Source: a virus (Duplodnaviria; Heunggongvirae; Uroviricota; Caudoviricetes). From it: DNA of 8,717 nt. Below the pieces are notes generated by a model, which was not told the DNA's origin, made no database searches, and was given only the letters and a program-made list of their open reading frames with translations. Positions 5,210 through 8,717 of this stretch are shown in pieces; the first letter of the stretch is position 1; every line of letters starts with the position of its first letter. Position numbers and translations under genes: made by a program. The stretch is from the IMG/VR virus record IMGVR_UViG_2724679073_000005; one strand, given 5' to 3'.

Positions 5210-7129
5210 ATGGAACAGTTCAATATCAATAAAGGGGTGACGATCAAGCCTGGGCTTGACGTGCTTCCCCCGCCAGTGACTGATGATGAATATCGCGCAT
5301 TAATGGCCGGTGAGGACCGCTATCTGATGACGGAATCCAACACCCTGGAGGAAATCGAGGCTACGTTCTTCTATGACACGCCGATCCACTGGTGTGCTAC
5401 GGATTTACTGGAGGCGATTAGTTCTACTCGTTTGCAGTTACACCGGACCATGCAGGCATTTGTCCGGGCATTGAACCAGAAGCTGAATGGTACCGGAATC
5501 TCTGCGGGGAGTGATAAAACGGGGGATGTGGCCCAGAGCGGCGCGCGCGCGATCGGCGGTGCTGAAATTGGCCGGGCACGTAACGTTAACGGGCTGCCGG
5601 TCCTGCCAGCCATTATTCCGCTCAGTGATGGTCAGACTATCAGCATTCTGTTTCATAGCCCGACAGCGGAAAACCGGATCACCAATAGCGATACGCTGGT
5701 TGCTTTCCAGTTCTTACTGAATAAAAAAGACGTTACTCACACCGTTGCTCCGATGAGTGGACGTGATATGACGCTGGCGCAGGTCACCATGAAACTTGCC
5801 AACCTTGCAGAGAAAAACTCGGCAAAATTTCAGCGTGCGCAGAAGAAGAAAAAAGCCCTTGTTGATGAAATAACCCAACTACAGGCTGACAGTGACCAGA
5901 AAGAGGATGCCATGAGCGACCTCGTGGATCAGGTGGCAGCGGTAGAAGGGCAGAAGGTAGATCTGGAGCAGAAAATTAACGCTGTTGCATCGGAAGCGGA
6001 TTCTCTTTATGAAGAGAATGAGCGTTTGCAGACGGAGATTGATCAGCTCAATCGCACTGGTGGGCGCGATACCATTGCTCCTGCGGGGATGACTGGTGGA
6101 CACTCTCGCGCGATGACGGATCGCCTTGCCAGTATCAAAAATCGTATGCATATGAACGGGGAAGTGACGCTCAGTAATGGTGCATCAATGAAGCAATTCA
6201 TTGAGGACGGCGAAGGGTATATCCAGTTAACCGATTCGGATGGCAGCGTGTACATGATCAAGGCTAAATCCATACAGGGTGTGGACATGGCAGATGCGAT
6301 CGGCAAGCTGTTTAAAGCCTATAAAGCGGGTAATGTATCGGAATACCTGGTCCAACCAGAAGAACATAAACCGGAAAACGTCGAACCTGAACCAGCGGAG
6401 GATACCGGTAGCTCTTCGCCTGAACCAGAAGTCTCTGTAGGTGCATATCGATATGCCCTGCAAATGCGTCCGGCGGCCCCTGGCGCAATACCTGAAGGTA
6501 ACAAAGCAATTCTGCCGCGCCCTGATGAAGGTGACCCGTATTATGAATATGCACGCTACGGCATTGCTACTTACGATACCCCGCTTTCTGATCAGCAAAT
6601 GAGTGAGTACGACCTGAAGTTATTGCCTCGCGAGGATTCTTTCGACTTCCTGGCGAAGACACTTACTAATGGTCCGTTTGGCAAATATGCACAAAAAGCT
6701 CTGGAGCTGGCCACCAGCTCACCAGACGAGTTCCGCGTAATGCTGAAAACTCAGTTTCAAAAAACTTTCCCCAATATTGCGTTTCCGGGGGGCGCTGGCA
6801 CCGAGAAAATGGTGCAGAGCATGATCAATGCATTGCAGGCCGAAGTCGGTGAGATTACTCAGCCAGAACCTGCCCCGGCACAGCCTGATGAAACGGTTAG
6901 CGAAGCAGATGCAGAGGCTAATAAAGCCATTGAATATCTCAATAACGTGATGGATATGCAAAGCACTGACATGGCGGAGATCCGTAACGCCCGGGGCAAT
7001 GTCCGGGAAGCGATTGCAGCCCTTCAGGCTGCCGGACGTTTTGAGGAAAACGAAGAGCTGGTTAATGGCGCTGCTCGCCACCTGGCTGATCTGCTGGTAG
7101 CAATCCAGAAAGCGGGGGTAGCGGCATGA
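5210..7129 (+). CDS. darA: DarA-like protein (phage internal head / defence-against-restriction protein)
   Basis: 639-aa ORF (~70 kDa) with an AGGA RBS. Contains the hdf-like domain, a long heptad-rich coiled-coil (about residues 190-285) and Pro/Glu-rich linkers. Size, flanking hdf-like and 121-aa genes, and position downstream of the tail-fibre invertase match the P1 darA operon as recalled from the literature. Not verified by search. Confidence 0.6.
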   Translation: MEQFNINKGVTIKPGLDVLPPPVTDDEYRALMAGEDRYLMTESNTLEEIEATFFYDTPIHWCATDLLEAISSTRLQLHRTMQAFVRALNQKLNGTGISAGSDKTGDVAQSGARAIGGAEIGRARNVNGLPVLPAIIPLSDGQTISILFHSPTAENRITNSDTLVAFQFLLNKKDVTHTVAPMSGRDMTLAQVTMKLANLAEKNSAKFQRAQKKKKALVDEITQLQADSDQKEDAMSDLVDQVAAVEGQKVDLEQKINAVASEADSLYEENERLQTEIDQLNRTGGRDTIAPAGMTGGHSRAMTDRLASIKNRMHMNGEVTLSNGASMKQFIEDGEGYIQLTDSDGSVYMIKAKSIQGVDMADAIGKLFKAYKAGNVSEYLVQPEEHKPENVEPEPAEDTGSSSPEPEVSVGAYRYALQMRPAAPGAIPEGNKAILPRPDEGDPYYEYARYGIATYDTPLSDQQMSEYDLKLLPREDSFDFLAKTLTNGPFGKYAQKALELATSSPDEFRVMLKTQFQKTFPNIAFPGGAGTEKMVQSMINALQAEVGEITQPEPAPAQPDETVSEADAEANKAIEYLNNVMDMQSTDMAEIRNARGNVREAIAALQAAGRFEENEELVNGAARHLADLLVAIQKAGVAA

Positions 7130-7491
7130 CACTATCAGCTATTGAGTTAATGGATCTCAGCGATAAGTTGGATGCTCTGATGTCCAAAGCGGCTACCGCG
7201 AGTGGCATGGAGTTGCTGGATATCAGCGATGAAATTGACCAGATCATGCAACAGATGGGGTACGGCGCGTCCGGCGGCAGTAGTGGCGAGGAAAAACAAC
7301 CTTCGGTACATGATGGTGTGCCAAAACTGGTTGCTGATTTCCTGGCTGATAAATTCGTCGATCAGAGCACAGATGCATTTATCGGTACCTTGCAGGACTT
7401 GAGTCAATATGTTGGCACATACATCGACCTGGACCAGGTTAAACAGCACACGGCGGCATGGATAGCCGCCAACATTGAAGAGGCAGCATAA
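7126..7491 (+). CDS. ddrA: DdrA-like small acidic protein
   Basis: 121-aa ORF (~13 kDa) with ATGA overlap to the upstream stop. Acidic, with a Gly/Ser linker (GYGASGGSSGEE). Position immediately after the darA-like gene. Confidence 0.5.
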   Translation: MTLSAIELMDLSDKLDALMSKAATASGMELLDISDEIDQIMQQMGYGASGGSSGEEKQPSVHDGVPKLVADFLADKFVDQSTDAFIGTLQDLSQYVGTYIDLDQVKQHTAAWIAANIEEAA

Positions 7492-7503
7492 GGCGTAACA
7501 GGG

Positions 7504-8717
7504 ATGAGCTTAAGCGATCAGGTGGTAATGGCCACCAGCATAGAAACGCTGATCGAGCTGCTTAAGAACCTGCCCGATTATGGGCGGGTTTCGTATGTGG
7601 TGACAGCGAAGGGAGACGAGGTAAAAACAGCGTTTGATATCGTCGATGCCTCAGCTCTTTTGGTATCCAATACTCTGGATGGGAAAATTAATCCTGACTA
7701 TCCCCAGGAACTTCAGCCGCGCGACCGGACCCGCGCATCCAGCCTTCTTCAGGTTAACCAGATATCCAAAGATTTGCGGCCTGCTCAGCTTACTGATTCC
7801 GGTTTATCCAGCCATGGTGCGCCGATAATTGGTGAGGACAATGCCGTTGAGTCAGGTAATGGACGGACCATGGGGATCATCAAAGCCTATCAGGACGGCA
7901 ATGCGGATCGGTATCGTGAGTACCTGATTGATCATGCGACCGAATTCGGCATACGACCTGAAAAGGTTGAATCAATGACGGCTCCGGTACTGGTGCGCCG
8001 CCGGTTAACTAAGGTTGACCGCGTTCAGTTTGCCAAGGACTCAAATATTTCTGATCTTCAGGAAATGGCAGCCAGTGAAAAGGCTTTTGTTGATGCCGAC
8101 AGCATAACACCGGCGATGATGGCGCTTTTTAACCCGTCAGAAAGCGGAGATCTGCTTAGCCGCAGTAATGACGCGTTTATTCGCGGATTTATGACGCAAG
8201 TTGGTGCCACACAGGCGGCTGGCCTTGTAACTGAAGATGGGCGACCAACACGGCAACTTGTAGACCGTATACAAAACGCGATCTTTGCCAAGGCATATAA
8301 GGATGCGCGCCTGGTAAGGATGGTTGCAGAAGAACCTGATCCGGATATGCGTAATGTTCTGACGGCGCTTAATGCGGCAGCCAATGATTTTGTCCAGATG
8401 CAGGCTTTATCAGGAGAAGCGCACAAGCAGGCTGTGACAACTATTGTTGATGGCATTGAGACAGCGGATAGCCTCGATAAAAAGGCGCTGGCGGCATTGA
8501 AAGATGCGGTAGACCTGGTAAGGCAATCGAAGGAGTCAGGCCAGCATATTACCGATGTTATTGCTCAGGGGGATATGTTCAGCGAAACGGCCCCGGAAGT
8601 GAAAGCACTCGCGTTGTTCATCGTCGCGAATAACCGTAGCGCGAAGCGTATGGCCACCGCCTTTAAGTTGATGGCTCAACGTATCAATGATGAGTTACAG
8701 GGCACTGTTGCAAAGTT
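7504..8717 (+). CDS. ddrB: DdrB-like large protein, N-terminal ~404 codons (3' end beyond window)
   Basis: Checked codon by codon: frame open from ATG at 7504 to the window end with no stop. The ORF track misses it because no stop is reached. Follows the ddrA-like gene as in the P1 darA operon. Confidence 0.5.
   Translation, partial: MSLSDQVVMATSIETLIELLKNLPDYGRVSYVVTAKGDEVKTAFDIVDASALLVSNTLDGKINPDYPQELQPRDRTRASSLLQVNQISKDLRPAQLTDSGLSSHGAPIIGEDNAVESGNGRTMGIIKAYQDGNADRYREYLIDHATEFGIRPEKVESMTAPVLVRRRLTKVDRVQFAKDSNISDLQEMAASEKAFVDADSITPAMMALFNPSESGDLLSRSNDAFIRGFMTQVGATQAAGLVTEDGRPTRQLVDRIQNAIFAKAYKDARLVRMVAEEPDPDMRNVLTALNAAANDFVQMQALSGEAHKQAVTTIVDGIETADSLDKKALAALKDAVDLVRQSKESGQHITDVIAQGDMFSETAPEVKALALFIVANNRSAKRMATAFKLMAQRINDELQGTVAK

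Noticed and set aside
3741-7449. Numerous minus-strand and out-of-frame + strand ORFs of 61-137 aa (for example 3741-4082, 4254-4562, 4552-4905, 5371-5613, 6227-6598, 6719-7132, 7147-7449, 7202-7402)
   Set aside because: All are nested within the tightly coupled + strand operon. Their translations are Cys/Arg-rich and they lack RBSs. Treated as chance ORFs.
7489-7506. ddrA-like and ddrB-like ORFs are in the same frame, separated by a single TAA; possible read-through fusion
   Set aside because: No read-through context is recognisable and the downstream ATG has its own purine-rich stretch. Most likely coincidence.
7634-7828. 64-aa + strand ORF
   Set aside because: Out of frame within the ddrB-like CDS.
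8058-8456. 132-aa minus-strand ORF
   Set aside because: Falls entirely inside the long open + strand frame of the ddrB-like gene. Antisense shadow.
1-8717. CRISPR array, tRNA or rRNA genes, IS element or transposase
   Set aside because: No regularly spaced direct repeats with unique spacers, no cloverleaf-like candidates and no transposase-like ORF were seen. The only recombinase is the serine invertase.

Overview
This window looks like a P1-like phage or phage-plasmid segment with three modules. (1) Positions 1-2450 hold a tail-fibre host-range switching locus: one tail-fibre C-terminal cassette in the expressed (+) orientation followed by a single tail-fibre assembly chaperone gene, then three promoterless alternative C-terminal cassettes stacked head-to-tail on the minus strand, each beginning at a 26-bp hix/gix/cix-like crossover-site candidate. 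(2) Positions 2504-3076 encode a Gin/Cin/Pin/Hin-family serine DNA invertase. (3) After a ~430-bp non-coding leader with a perfect 8-3-8 palindrome, positions 3512-8717 hold a tightly coupled + strand operon: small membrane (holin/antiholin-like) proteins, then four genes whose sizes, order and internal paralogy match the P1 hdf-darA-ddrA-ddrB antirestriction genes (last one truncated by the window edge). All identifications are from reading the sequence and ORF translations; no database search was run, so the dar/lyd names are inferences from architecture. The inverted partner crossover site and the constant 5' part of the tail-fibre gene must lie upstream of position 1. Nothing here is clearly an undescribed system, but the four-cassette, single-chaperone layout differs from the canonical two-cassette P1/Mu arrangement and is the most interesting part.
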